Positions 30,886-41,468 of a stretch of DNA of 64,000 nt are shown here, piece after piece. The stretch is taken from positions 1 to 64,000 of the forward strand of contig CAVOXA010000015.1 in assembly GCA_963700285.1 (NCBI GenBank), written 5' to 3'. The position numbers and the translations under genes are program-made. The notes under the pieces were generated by a model. The model saw nothing but the letters and a program-made list of their open reading frames with translations. It was not told where the DNA came from and searched no databases. Origin of the DNA: an uncultured Chloroflexia bacterium. Lineage in GTDB: Bacteria > Chloroflexota > Anaerolineae > JAAYZQ01. Position 1 is the first letter of the stretch. The number at the start of each line of letters is the position of its first letter.

Positions 30886-33360
30886 CTACAAATCAGCCAA
30901 GCTCTCCCCCAGAACCCGGCGCAGGTCCAGGGGCACCGCCACCAATAGTTCACCATTCACCGTCGTCTCCACCAATAGCCCGTGCAGTCGCAAACGGCCC
31001 ATCGTCGTCTTGGGTTCGTGGTACTGCCAGTACTGAGATTCTTCCAGGTCGTTTCCGTACTGGGCGTCAAAGCTGTGCCATGGCATGTGCCCTCCATCGG
31101 CCAGCACCTGCTGCAAGGCTTCCCGCTCCGTCTCGCTCAACTGGGCGACGACTCGCTCCACGGTATCCGCATGCTCGAGTTCCTCAACCACCCTCTCCAG
31201 CAACTCCGCCTTGCGCAAGCCCGACCAACCACCATAGGGCAGGATCACACGGGCCATGGCGACGAGCACGTCTTTGCTATAGAGGGGTAGTGCCTCTGCC
31301 AGGGACGGGTCCGGCGTTGAGAGCCTGGCCTGCAGCCGGGCGCGTTTGGCTTGATCGCGCCTGTGCTGCCGCTCAAAATACGACTCAAACCCTGTCTTCA
31401 TCATGCTGATCATCTGCAAGCGCTCAAGCAGCTCCTCGGCCATTTCGTACCCAGGCCATACTTCCAACGCTGCCTCCAAAGCGTTGCGCGCCGCTTCATA
31501 ATCCTCTTCGTGTATAGCAACTCGAGCCTGGAGACAGGAATAGAAGGCCATCTCCTGTGGATGAAAACGGGTCACGTCGGCCAATGGCGAGATCATGGCC
31601 TTCGCCCCTTCTACGTCATCATCGTCCAGGAGGTATGTAGCCAGGTTGCAGCGCGGGATCACATAAAGGGGATCGATCTCCACTGCTGCCTGGAACATCT
31701 CTCTGGCCCGCCTGTGCTCATCACGGCGGGCATAGATCGTACCCAGGTTGTTGCACGCTTCCTTGGCTTGGGGTTCCAGATCCAGGGCGCGCCGGAAAAA
31801 CTGCTCCGCGCGTTCGTCGTCATCCTGCTTGTAGGCTTGCATCCCCCTGTTCAGTAGATCGGCGACCCTGGGGGTGTACTCCGATCTGGATTCATCGGAG
31901 ATCTCGTACTGGCGCAACTGTACCTCTCGCCACTCCCCTTGGCCCCAGAAACGCAGCGTTTCATCCTGCCCGATCTGGCCTTCCGCCAGGAGGGAGTACA
32001 ATGCCTGCATTCGCAGATCATCATCACCGACTTGGCTCAGCCCAAAGCGGCGAAGGGCGGCGTAGGCAGCGGGCGTGCCTACAGTTTTGAGCAGGCCAAT
32101 GCCGGCTTCAGGTTGATTCTCTTCCCAGACCAGCTTCTCCGCCATGAGAACGATCTGCGGAACCCGGGCCACAAATCGGTTCATCTGCTGCCGAAATCTC
32201 TTTGGGGACATCCTGTCTTGCCGGCTGACCAAGTCAACCATCTCTTCCATAAGGCGCCTGGGCACCAGTTCGGTGCTGTGAAAATAGGGAAACCGGTCAG
32301 CCCAGCCAGGTCCCGGCCGTCCAGCTTCCAGCGCCCGTAACAATTCGCCCGCCCAGGAGACGCTTTCCTGCAGCGCCTTCAGCCGCGCTCGCGCCGTACG
32401 CCTGCCCAGGTTGGCCTCTGCCACAGCCAGGAACAACTGCAGGCCGCTCCCCTGCCCGGGCGCTCCCACCTGCGTCGCCTCGGACCTGTCAAGGGGTTTG
32501 AGCAGTTGGTACACGCGCTCGTCTTTGTGCAGAATGGCAGCCGCCTCCGCCATCTTGAGGCGATCAATGGCTTCCTCTGGCTCAATCGCCTTCAACCGCG
32601 GCCACAGGTCCCAGGCCTCCGTCTCCTGCCCCGTCCAGACCAGGAAGCGGATAGCATTGCTCAATGCCTGGATGTTGTCTGGCGCTTGCGACAGCACTTG
32701 GCGCGCCACCGCAATGGCCTCGTTCGGTTGGCCATCAAAGAAAAGAGCCAGGGCGAGATTGTTGCGAGGCGGTGGCCAGTCGGCTAGCAGCTTGATGGCC
32801 TGCTGGTTGGCTGTGATGCACGCCCGAAAATCGCCTCGCTGCAGCGCGCCGTTACCAGTCTCCAGATAGCGGAGGCCTCGTTCCACTTGGGGCAGCGGAA
32901 GCGCCAAAGCCTGTGCGAGTTCGGTCATCTCCTGCTCGAGCAGCGCGATCATGCTACGAGCATCATCCATCACCTCACCGCCAATGCCGTGTCTCACCGC
33001 TTGACGAGAAGCATGCAGGGCGTGAGCATTCATCTCCAGTTCCAGATAGATCGCGGCCAACGGGTACCAGTAGGCAGGATCGCGGCTCAGCCTCATCGCC
33101 TGTTCGTATGCTGGCATCGCGCCCGGCATATCACCGGCGGCGACACATGCATAACCATAAGTGTGGTGCACATCAGGCACGCTGGGATGGGACAAGCGTG
33201 CTGGCTCCAGGAGCTCGATGGCTTCCTGAGCGCGTCCGCGCTCTATCAGCATCTCAGCCTGCTCAAGAATCCTTTGCACTGACAACGATGGCTGGCGTGG
33301 CCGTCGTGATCGCGAGGTGGGTCGCGGTTTGCGCTGTTTCCTGCTCTTTTGCTTGCTCAA
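30886..33360 (-). CDS. large tetratricopeptide-repeat protein
   Basis: Multiple TPR-like helices (YGYACVAAGD..A...YEQA, NNLALAL, NNLGTIY, CNLATY). Likely TTG start at 33360 with RBS GGAGG. Confidence 0.85.
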   Translation of the reverse strand: MSKQKSRKQRKPRPTSRSRRPRQPSLSVQRILEQAEMLIERGRAQEAIELLEPARLSHPSVPDVHHTYGYACVAAGDMPGAMPAYEQAMRLSRDPAYWYPLAAIYLELEMNAHALHASRQAVRHGIGGEVMDDARSMIALLEQEMTELAQALALPLPQVERGLRYLETGNGALQRGDFRACITANQQAIKLLADWPPPRNNLALALFFDGQPNEAIAVARQVLSQAPDNIQALSNAIRFLVWTGQETEAWDLWPRLKAIEPEEAIDRLKMAEAAAILHKDERVYQLLKPLDRSEATQVGAPGQGSGLQLFLAVAEANLGRRTARARLKALQESVSWAGELLRALEAGRPGPGWADRFPYFHSTELVPRRLMEEMVDLVSRQDRMSPKRFRQQMNRFVARVPQIVLMAEKLVWEENQPEAGIGLLKTVGTPAAYAALRRFGLSQVGDDDLRMQALYSLLAEGQIGQDETLRFWGQGEWREVQLRQYEISDESRSEYTPRVADLLNRGMQAYKQDDDERAEQFFRRALDLEPQAKEACNNLGTIYARRDEHRRAREMFQAAVEIDPLYVIPRCNLATYLLDDDDVEGAKAMISPLADVTRFHPQEMAFYSCLQARVAIHEEDYEAARNALEAALEVWPGYEMAEELLERLQMISMMKTGFESYFERQHRRDQAKRARLQARLSTPDPSLAEALPLYSKDVLVAMARVILPYGGWSGLRKAELLERVVEELEHADTVERVVAQLSETEREALQQVLADGGHMPWHSFDAQYGNDLEESQYWQYHEPKTTMGRLRLHGLLVETTVNGELLVAVPLDLRRVLGESLADL

Positions 33361-33624
33361 GGTTTCCCTCCAAGCCTTTCTGGGGCATCGCTGTCTCTTG
33401 GGCGCCAGCCACCCTAGCCCGGAACCGCGATAACTGCGGTAAATGCGGCGACTTGCTACCCCTTCGATTTTAGGAGGCAGTGTTGCCTCATGGGCACTTG
33501 CTGACAGGAGGCAAACATATGCCCCATATCCCGGTAGAACCGCGAACTGCACCACTGCCAGAGGCAGTGGGTTCAACGCTCACTAAAAACAGCTAGTAGT
33601 TCTTCAGGGTGAAAATGCCGTACT

Positions 33625-33725
33625 TGTCATTGCGAGCGTGGCGCAGCAATCCCCACGGAATCGTGAGAAACCGATAGATTAGCGCAAATGGGGATTTCTT
33701 CGTCACTTCGCTCCTCGCAATGACA
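33625..33725. repeat. palindromic REP/RPE-like element
   Basis: Terminal inverted repeats TGTCATTGCGAG ... CTCGCAATGACA with inner AATCCCCA/TGGGGATT arms. Confidence 0.75.
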
Positions 33726-33771
33726 CCTATCACAACCATGTTGGACAGGTACTAGGTTCAGCAGTTCAAAT

Positions 33772-34683
33772 TCAGCTAGAAATGTGTTTTATATATCCGT
33801 CCAGCATGTGCCAGGGTACGAAGCCACAGGCTTGGTAGAGCCCTCGAGCGGCTTCATTATGGCCGAAATTTGCTACCGTTGCGAATTCCATCCCGGCGGC
33901 TGCCATCTGCTGCATGCCGTACATCAGTATCGCCCGCCCAAAACCACGGCGTCTATGATCCTTATGCGTGCCCACCGGTTCGAACAGTCCGGTGCGGTTA
34001 AGATGATCATACCAGGTGACGGTAAAGGCCGCGAAGGTACCAACCGGAGCTTGGATGACCAGCTCCCGTTCGGGCGCATAGCCCGGGGACTCCATGACTT
34101 GCCGGTACAGCTCAGGGGTCCAGCCCACCCCGAAGGAGGCCCTATGCACCTCAGCCAGGGCGGCAGCATCTTCAATGCCGTTAGCCGGCCGGAATGAGTA
34201 GCCTTCCGGGAGAGCAGGCACATCAATGGTATTGATTTCGGTGCGGTTCAATGCATAGGGCAACTCATTGTCGGACTCCCAGCCCAATGCCGCGAGAAGC
34301 TCAGCTCGAGCTGTATCACCCCGAAAGGCGTCTGCGTAGATGCAGTCGCCAGCAATATCATACCGCTGCATGAGTTCTACAGTGCGTTCATCGGCATATT
34401 CCAGAACTTCTCGCTCGAAATCACCACCCCGCAGATCTGGGCGTACCTGAGCATCATAACTCTTATGACGGGGTCCCACCAGCAGCCACGCGGCCACCCC
34501 TTGATCATCCTCCCAAATCGTCATGAGCTCAGCGGGAGCATAATATCTGTTGCCATTATAAATGTGATGGGGAATGTCTCCGGGATGGAGATATCCGCAG
34601 TGATCGGTCGCGGCGATCGCCGCGGCATTAAAGTTTTGGAGCAGTGTAAGATCGGCTTCTCCGGTATAAGTGCGTCTTATCAT
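33772..34683 (-). CDS. GNAT family N-acetyltransferase (cassette-like)
   Basis: GLFEPVGTH..HRRRGFGRA, N.AARGLY..CGF. Starts 28 bp after an attC site. Confidence 0.88.
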   Translation of the reverse strand: MIRRTYTGEADLTLLQNFNAAAIAATDHCGYLHPGDIPHHIYNGNRYYAPAELMTIWEDDQGVAAWLLVGPRHKSYDAQVRPDLRGGDFEREVLEYADERTVELMQRYDIAGDCIYADAFRGDTARAELLAALGWESDNELPYALNRTEINTIDVPALPEGYSFRPANGIEDAAALAEVHRASFGVGWTPELYRQVMESPGYAPERELVIQAPVGTFAAFTVTWYDHLNRTGLFEPVGTHKDHRRRGFGRAILMYGMQQMAAAGMEFATVANFGHNEAARGLYQACGFVPWHMLDGYIKHISS

Positions 34684-34710
34684 ACTGCTTGATCCTTCAC
34701 AGATTTTTCG

Positions 34711-34783
34711 TGATTACGCCGCGCATCAGCGACAAACCAAAGGCGTTGCCTTTGGTTTGTCCGGCTGCATGCGCTTGTTATGT
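34711..34783 (-). mobile_element. integron attC site
   Basis: Minus strand: ACATAAC (overlapping the upstream gene's TAA) AAGCGCATGCAGCCG, perfect 14-bp stem GACAAACCAAAGGC/GCCTTTGGTTTGTC, then GCTGATGCGCGGC GTAATCA (degenerate core site). Confidence 0.8.
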
Positions 34784-35341
34784 GGCTCCTTCTGCACGCC
34801 AATATCCAGGATAAACAGTCGCAAAACCATCTGAGCGAATTTCAAGAATACTGGTAAATTTACTCCCAGGTGATTGGTAACGATATTGAGTGCCAGTCAG
34901 TCGGGTGTAGATTTGTTCCGAGGGAACCAAGGACAAGCTTGGAAACTGGAGCCAGGCTACTTTTATTTTTGCAGATTCCCCTTCATCCAGTGAAAGCCTT
35001 CTGATGGGAAGCAGATTGGTTGACGGACTGAAACCCAGGTCGATATCGATACAACCCTCAGTTCCGGGGTGTTCTGTTCCATTGATACACCAGGTACCCT
35101 CAGATACCTCAATCTCGTAGCTACATTGGCTAATTCCAATGTGGCCAAATACTTTCACGGATTGTGTAAGCCAATATTCATCGCAATAGATGGTATAGCC
35201 GAAACCACAATTCTGGTGCTCATCTTGGAATACCGCGAAACCAGATAGCCTCCACCCACTGGTGATCTTTTCTAGCAGCGCGCTTTCACAGCCAGGAACA
35301 TCCAGGCGGCGCCATAGAATTGCTGTCTTCATCACGTCCAC
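34778..35341 (-). CDS. putative glycolipid-binding domain protein (gene cassette)
   Basis: WRRLDVPGCE, GCIDIDLGFSPSTNLLPIRRL, EQIYTRL..YRY, GF...YPGYW. Low GC, stop codon inside the attC. Confidence 0.82.
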   Translation of the reverse strand: MDVMKTAILWRRLDVPGCESALLEKITSGWRLSGFAVFQDEHQNCGFGYTIYCDEYWLTQSVKVFGHIGISQCSYEIEVSEGTWCINGTEHPGTEGCIDIDLGFSPSTNLLPIRRLSLDEGESAKIKVAWLQFPSLSLVPSEQIYTRLTGTQYRYQSPGSKFTSILEIRSDGFATVYPGYWRAEGAT

Positions 35342-35353
35342 CTTGAGTAGCTG

Positions 35354-35380
35354 GCCGAACGCAAAGATCTGCGCCTCGGG
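35354..35380 (-). mobile_element. attC right-arm remnant
   Basis: GGCGCAGATCTTTGCGTTCGGC lies immediately upstream of the cassette gene. The left arm is missing. Confidence 0.4.
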
Positions 35381-35399
35381 CCGCGCCTTGGTACCGAAT

Positions 35400-35962
35400 G
35401 CCCACGTTCAGTACTTCGCGCGTCATCAGTAAGGGACTGGGGCGGTGGTAGTATGCTCCCGCCAACCTCATCATGGAAGGCATGAACTCGCTGGGTTCAA
35501 TCTGCCCACTATAAAAGCGCCGGGCCGTCTCCACCGTGGCCGGCCGGAAACCGCGTTTGGCCAGAATCTCGGGCGCGTTCTGTTGCACCCGCCATATCTG
35601 GCCCCACACGTGTCCAGCAGCAGGGGACGGTGGGAGAGGCTCTTTGGATAGCGGAGCGCATACTCGAGGGCGACCATGCCGCCAAATGGCCAAGCACCGC
35701 CACTTGTCGAAGCCCAATGCCTGGCGCAGCGCCTCGGCGTCGGCGGTCAGGTTGTCTACGTCATGGATGAAACCTCGGCCCCCGCTGAGCGGCCGTTGCA
35801 GCGGTGGTCATAGAAGACCAACGTGAATTGATCGGCGCAAGGCCGTAAGGAAAGCAAGGAGTGGTGATCGGCCCCTGGACCGCCGTGCATTAGCACCAAC
35901 GGGTGTCCGTGCCCGATGACTTTCACAAAGAAGGAGATTCCCCGGACCGGCATGGTTGTCAT
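35400..35962 (-). pseudogene. alpha/beta hydrolase (proline iminopeptidase-like), disrupted
   Basis: LVLMHGGPG, YDHRCNGRS, GH..GGMVALEYALRYP in different frames. 3' truncated. Confidence 0.75.
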
Positions 35963-36012
35963 TAGCTACTCTCCCAGCGAGCAATGCACTAGGCTACGCC
36001 GAGCGGTGTGGC

Positions 36013-36230
36013 TCACCTGCTGCGCAGCAAGAGGTACGAGCTTCTGGCGATCGGGAGCAGGGTGACAATCTGCAGGATCTGATGCAACCCCAGCACGACT
36101 GATGGCATCGGCTTGTCGGAGGTTGGCAAAGCTCCCGCTGCAACAGTGCCGGTAAAGAACAGGACGGTGACCACGCTGGCGGCGATCTTGAGCAGGCCCA
36201 ACGGTGCTGCTTTCTTCTGTATGATCGTCT
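36013..36230 (-). pseudogene. C-terminal fragment of a small membrane protein, paralog of 36452-36830
   Basis: IAASVVTVLFFTGTVAAGAL aligns with IAAIVITVLFFIGTVAAGGL. Confidence 0.55.
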
Positions 36231-36451
36231 TTGAGATCAGATGACCATGGCTTCACGATGCAGAGTATATCATTTCGTAGGTGAGTTGTCAAAGAGAATG
36301 CGCGTCCACAGCAATCAGTGCTTGTCGCAAGACCGCGAACGCGATCCTCTGCCCATGACCAACCGGCTGATCCCCGCACGAATGGCGCTTTTCGGCCAGG
36401 GCAATCTGGCTCCCTTCCTCATCAGGTTCTCTCCCACGGGACAGGCTCCAG

Positions 36452-36830
36452 CTAGCTGCCCCGGAGCAACAGAACCAGAGTCCCGGCGGTAGAGAGCACG
36501 GTGAGAACCGGTAGGAATCGGTGTAGTTTCTGGACGAAGGCCGGCACCTCCAGGTCGATGCTCAACAAACCACCGGCAGCCACAGTGCCGATGAAAAACA
36601 GGACGGTGATCACGATGGCGGCGATCTGGACCGGGTCCAACGGCGTCGCTTTGTAAGTCTGAATATACCATTGCCCCTAGCAAAATGCCGACCGCCAGTC
36701 CAACCAGCTTGTGGACTGTAAACACACCTGTATTGTATGGTTTTCCGAGGTGGCTAAGCCAAATCCCCGAAAAGATGATCAGGACAAACGATAGTACAAC
36801 TCCTGCGACTGTTACTTGCAAAGTGCTCAT
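36452..36830 (-). CDS. small multi-TM membrane protein (frameshifted)
   Basis: FSGIWLSHLGKPYNTGVFTVHKL then PVQIAAIVITVLFF...LHRFLP in a second frame. RBS GGAG. Confidence 0.6.
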
Positions 36831-36876
36831 TTTCAACTCCTTGTGTGCCTGAAGCTTGATTGCGAAACCGCTAGCG

Positions 36877-37435
36877 CTACGTCACTCCCGGCGCGAACAG
36901 GACAATGTTGCCGGTGACCTGCCCGCTTTCCAACAGTGCATTCGCCTTGGCTGCTTCCAGGAGGGGGAAACGCTCGGCAATGATCGGCTCGATCTTGCCT
37001 TCCTCCAGCAGCTGGAAAAGCGCTGACCAATCTTCCGCAAGGATCCGATGGTCACGCGATGAGTCCGTAGCCCTTGATCGACTTGCCATTGGGCAAGAGG
37101 TTGAACCAGATGAGCTTGGCCGCCAACCGTAGGAAACCTGCCAAGCTCTGCGGGCCACCCATAATGGACAAAAGCACCGCAACGCCGCAGCACAGCCAAT
37201 CCCCGCTCAAAGTACTCGTCCGCCATGCCATTGAACACGTAATCGATGCCGTCTGGTTCCGCCTGGCGGAGCACTTGCACAAAATCCTGGGTGCGGTAGT
37301 CGATCGGGATCGCTCCGTATTCGGCCAGGATGTGGTGCTTGCTCTTCGACGCAAGGCCATACATCTTTAGCTCCGCCAGCTTGCCGAGTTGTAGGAACGC
37401 GGTACCCACGCCCGCTCGCACCGACGATGAGCACC
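36877..37435 (-). pseudogene. medium-chain dehydrogenase/quinone oxidoreductase, 5'-truncated
   Basis: LIVGASG.VGTAFLQLG, IDYRTQDF, LLEEGKIEPII..FPLLEAAKANALLESGQVTGNIVL. The N-terminal GroES-like domain is absent. Confidence 0.75.
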
Positions 37436-37444
37436 TATATCTCC

Positions 37445-37972
37445 GGCCATCATGGAGTCCTCCACTTCCTCAGGCGATGGGTCGATATCACCGGACAGGA
37501 TTGTTTCCTTAAACGCTCGGTACATTGAGCCATCTGGATCCTCAGGAGGCAGTTCGCTACCGCAGGCGGGAGTCTGCACGGCCAACGCCGCGATGCATTC
37601 ATCGATGCCCGCAACCGCCACTGCGCTTGCTCCAGAGAGGCTGTCGCCCCAGAGGGCAATCCGGTCTGGGTCGACACCGTCGAGCTCTCTGGCGTAAGAG
37701 ACAGCGTCTCTGTAACCTCGTGCCTGTCTCCAGGTGTTCACCTGCAATCGCGGTTCGCCTCCGCTATCCCCGAAACCATAGTGATCGTAGAGAAGGGCTG
37801 CGAAGCCCCGCGCCTGAAATACCTCCGCGTAGTTATCCGCCGTCATGTGACGACGAGTTGCGGAGAATCCGTGTGCCATGACAACGATCGGCCACGGCGG
37901 TTGCGAGTCCGGAGTGTAGAGCCATCCGCCAAGTTCCACACCTTCCGATTCAAACTCGACGTCTTGCCTCAT
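37445..37972 (-). pseudogene. alpha/beta hydrolase (CocE/NonD-like), 3'-truncated
   Basis: VVMAHGFSA, YDHYGFGDSGGEPR, IALWGDSLSG. Fused directly to the dehydrogenase fragment. Confidence 0.7.
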
Positions 37973-37987
37973 GAATTTCTCCAATGC

Positions 37988-38012
37988 CGCCTAAGTACTG
38001 AGTAGACCGAAC
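37988..38012 (-). mobile_element. possible degenerate attC right end
   Basis: Minus strand GTTCGGTCTACTCAGTACTTAGGC (core CTTAGGC, one mismatch from GTTAGGC) directly before the RBS and ATG. Partner arm not found. Confidence 0.25.
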
Positions 38013-38388
38013 TATTACGGCCGATCTGCCCGGGTACCTATGCTGAATCTATTCAGAATAGCCTGCCCATAGAGTTGACTTATGCCGAAAACTGGCTCCG
38101 TAATCTGAGGCCCAAATAAGAGAGCTGGTTGCCGTGCAAGCTCCAACGATGCCCATATTGTGCAACAGAAATCCTTTCATGTCAAACGGAGGCGTCAGCC
38201 CATGGAAGAGCACTGTTCAATCTACACAACTGGATGGACGTATCGTTTTCAGGCAATTGCTTCTGCATTGCCATGTAGCGGTATCAATGTCCATATACCG
38301 GAGTTTGGATTGCTAATCAAAACGGCACGGCCAATCAAGTGGATCAAAAGGAAGCGAGGCTGGTATCGTGGTGAGACGGGCATTGTCC

Positions 38389-38507
38389 AGGGTCGATACC
38401 CTCTTTATCATGTACCACACTCATACCACTGACGGTAGAGTCACTGGCCGCAATAGGCCGCGCCCTGAGTGACCACAACTGAACCCGACTTCTACGGCTG
38501 AAAATGA
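38389..38507 (-). repeat. 119-bp yjbQ-derived module, copy 1
   Basis: Colinear and ungapped with 47720-47838 and 49411-49529. Confidence 0.9.
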
Positions 38508-38761
38508 TTCCTTCGTATGTTCTCGTCTCAGCCAGAGCAGTGCGCTACAAGCGATCGCATTCCTTGGTCCCGCAACGGCGTTCTCGCCTCTCACCCAGCG
38601 CCACAGCAAGCGGAGGACAATGAAGACGGCGACGACCATGGGCACCACAAAGCCCGGATAGGCCAGGCGGGAAACAAAACCGCGCTACGCTCCGGCCGGA
38701 GAAAGGCGATCACGCTGGTGGCAATGGTATGGCCCATTCATGGCTTTTATTTGATATTAAC

Positions 38762-38790
38762 TTGACAAATAGTCTACAATCAAGTATAAT
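38762..38790 (+). promoter_or_regulatory. consensus sigma70 promoter of the radical SAM gene
   Basis: TTGACA-17 bp-TATAAT, perfect consensus. Confidence 0.8.
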
Positions 38791-38917
38791 GGTGCATAGA
38801 TGGAATCCACCGGCTTTGAGACGAGAGCAAAAACATCGCAGGTGAGTTGTCCACTAGGAGTCGACGGCGATCATGGTCGCCACTGTGTGAGATTCCGCTG
38901 GAAAGCAAGGAACGCGT

Positions 38918-40352
38918 ATGAGAGTGATGCTCATTCAGCCGCCCATGTATCATCTAAAGATGCAGCTATCCCCGAACCTGGGGCTCGCCTACATTGCGGC
39001 GGTTCTGGAGCGCGACGGCTTTGAAGTCCAGGTCCTCGATGCTGCGGCTGAGAACCTGGACTTTGACGGCGTCATTGAGCGCATACGAGCGTTTTCCCCT
39101 TCTGTCATTGGGGCTGGCGGGCAGACGCCGGTCAGCCGGCGCTCGATGACCATCTTTGCGCGTGCAAAGGAGGAGATCAGCCAGGATATCATCACAGTCG
39201 CAGGAGGACCGCATTTCTCGTTTGCGGATAGGGAATCGCTGGCAGAGTGCCCGCAGCTGGATGTGATCGTGCGGGGCGAAGGCGAGGAGACCATGAGCCG
39301 CCTCTGCAAGAGGGTTGCGGCTGGCGAGCCCTTGGATGATCTACGCGGGATCACCTGGCGCAACGACGCAGGGAGAGGCGGTGCGCAACCCCGATCGCCC
39401 GCCTATCGCAGATATCGATTCCATCCCTTTTCCGGCTTGGCACTTGTTTCCGGTGGACAAATACCACTGGGTGGGCAACAGACTTCTGGCAACATCGTCA
39501 TCGCGTGGATGCCCGTATCATTGCCCCTATTGCATCACCTGGAAAATGCACCGCGGTGTAAGACAAAGAGACCCTGCCAGAATCGTGGAGGAGATGGTGT
39601 GGGCCAAGAAGCACTTTGGCCACGACACCTTTTTCTTTCAAGATGACGCTTCGTTTCTTGTGCGTGAGCAGCTCGAGGGGTTCCTGGATGAGCTCGAAAA
39701 GTGCGGAGAGAAGCTGTACTGGTATTACGAAACGCGTGAGGATGTCTTTCTGCGCTTCCGAGATCTCTGGGAGCGAATGAAAAGGAATGGGCTTTTCAAG
39801 ATTGTGTTCGGGCTGGAGTCGCCTGACCCCGAGCAGCGAGAGCGCTTTGGCAAGCGGGGGTATGATCTCAGCTCTGTCGAGTCCATGATGCGTACGTTGG
39901 AGAAGGAACTCGACATCATGGTGTCGGTGTATCTCATCTTCGGTGTGCCTGAAGACACCGAGGAGTCACTGGACTCCATTCTGGAGTATGCCAGGCATCT
40001 GTACCCGGACTACTGCTCGTTTGTTGTGGGCTCTTTGGCCGTTCCTTTCCCCGGAACCGACAAGTTCATTGAGCTGAAGGAAAAAGACCTGATCAGCAGC
40101 TACAATTGGGATGACTACGGCTTTGGCAAATCGGTGATACGGTCTTCAATACCTCCTGAAAAGCTGCAAGACGTATTCAGTGGATTCTGGATCGGCACCT
40201 ATGTGCGGCCAAAGGCGGTAATGAAACAGGTACAACTACTCCTCTCTCGAAACCGGTTCAGAAGAGCAATGGCCAAGCAGTACATCGCCATGGCAGCCGA
40301 AATGATCTCCGATGTCCAGAAGATGAAAGGGGAGAAGCGAGACGGATTCTAG
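38918..40352 (+). CDS. cobalamin-binding radical SAM protein (frameshift near 39375)
   Basis: N-terminal B12 domain (PNLGLAYIAAVL, VAGGPH, VRGEGEET) plus SSRGCPYHCPYC and FGLES. Confidence 0.9.
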
Positions 40353-40475
40353 GCGGGGAGAACGGGGATAGAAACTCGGAACGTCCGGGAACTGCTCAAG
40401 GCGTGCTCGACCGAACTGGACGCGGGCCATGTGACCGGCTAGGAGGTCGAGGCTGAATGCCTGGGCCAGACCCGT

Positions 40476-41232
40476 TTAGCGATCGCCGTCTTGGGGTCGA
40501 AGCCTGGAGACTAGCTCTGAGAGCAGATCCGCCACCGAGCGCTGTTGTGCCACCCCTCGATCCAAACGGCTCGTCACCCTTACTTCAGTAGCGAGCTGCA
40601 GCTTGTCCAGCTCCCCCTTACGCTTGAGGTCGAAGCATCTGCCGCCATTCAGGGATCATTGATGCCGAGTAGATGATCACCACCGCTACCGAATAGATTC
40701 GCTCAGGCCAGCCGTGGGAGCCGAGCCAGATCCAGGGGACCATGAGCCCCAGCCAGATCCCGGAGGAGAGGAGCGGATTCCTGATGACCAGGTCGCTGGC
40801 CAAGCCCAGAATATTCGTGACGACAACCCCCAGCCAGTCGACGACCAGCATTCCACCGATGCTAGGCGATACGCCTCTACCCCCCTGGAAGCGATAGTAG
40901 ATGGGCCAATTGTGGCCGACGACAGCCATGCCGGCAGCCAGGAGGTAGTAGGGCGCGTCTGGCATCCACAGCTTGAAGGCCAGCGCCGGGATGGCAGCCT
41001 TGAGTATGTCCAGGATGCCGACCAGGCAGCCGTACCCGGGTCCGAGGTGCAGTCGCACCGATGTGGCGCTGACCGCATCGGACTCAAATCTTCCCTCTCC
41101 GTCCGTTCCCTCGACAACGATCTTGCTGATGTCCTGCTGCGGCGCAACCCGCCTGGCTACCAAGCGAGCGAAGGAAACGGAACCGACAAAGTATCCGATG
41201 ACCATAGCGAGCAGTGCAACCAGCAGATTCAC
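40476..41232 (-). CDS. divergent PlsY-like glycerol-3-phosphate acyltransferase family protein, copy 1
   Basis: GYFVGSVSFA, LDILKA, VVGHNWPIYYRFQGGRGV. An extra base near 40628 hides the tail RLKRKGEL...; corrected stop at 40476. Confidence 0.75.
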
Positions 41233-41468
41233 GATTTCTCCCTCATAGTGCCGGTCTCGTTAGGTGTGGTACCCCAGGTATCATAGAGGTGCACGCAGAG
41301 CCAGTTCCACAGGCAGCCATTGTTCTCCATGTTGCGCCTCCACATAGCTTCAGAGAGTGGGTGACAACCCACCTGGAGCGCCACTTTGAAACCACATGCT
41401 GTTCCAGTACGGCTCAGGGTTGGCGCCAGAGACGGGCTGAGCTACCAGCGTACCCTCTCGGTCAACGA

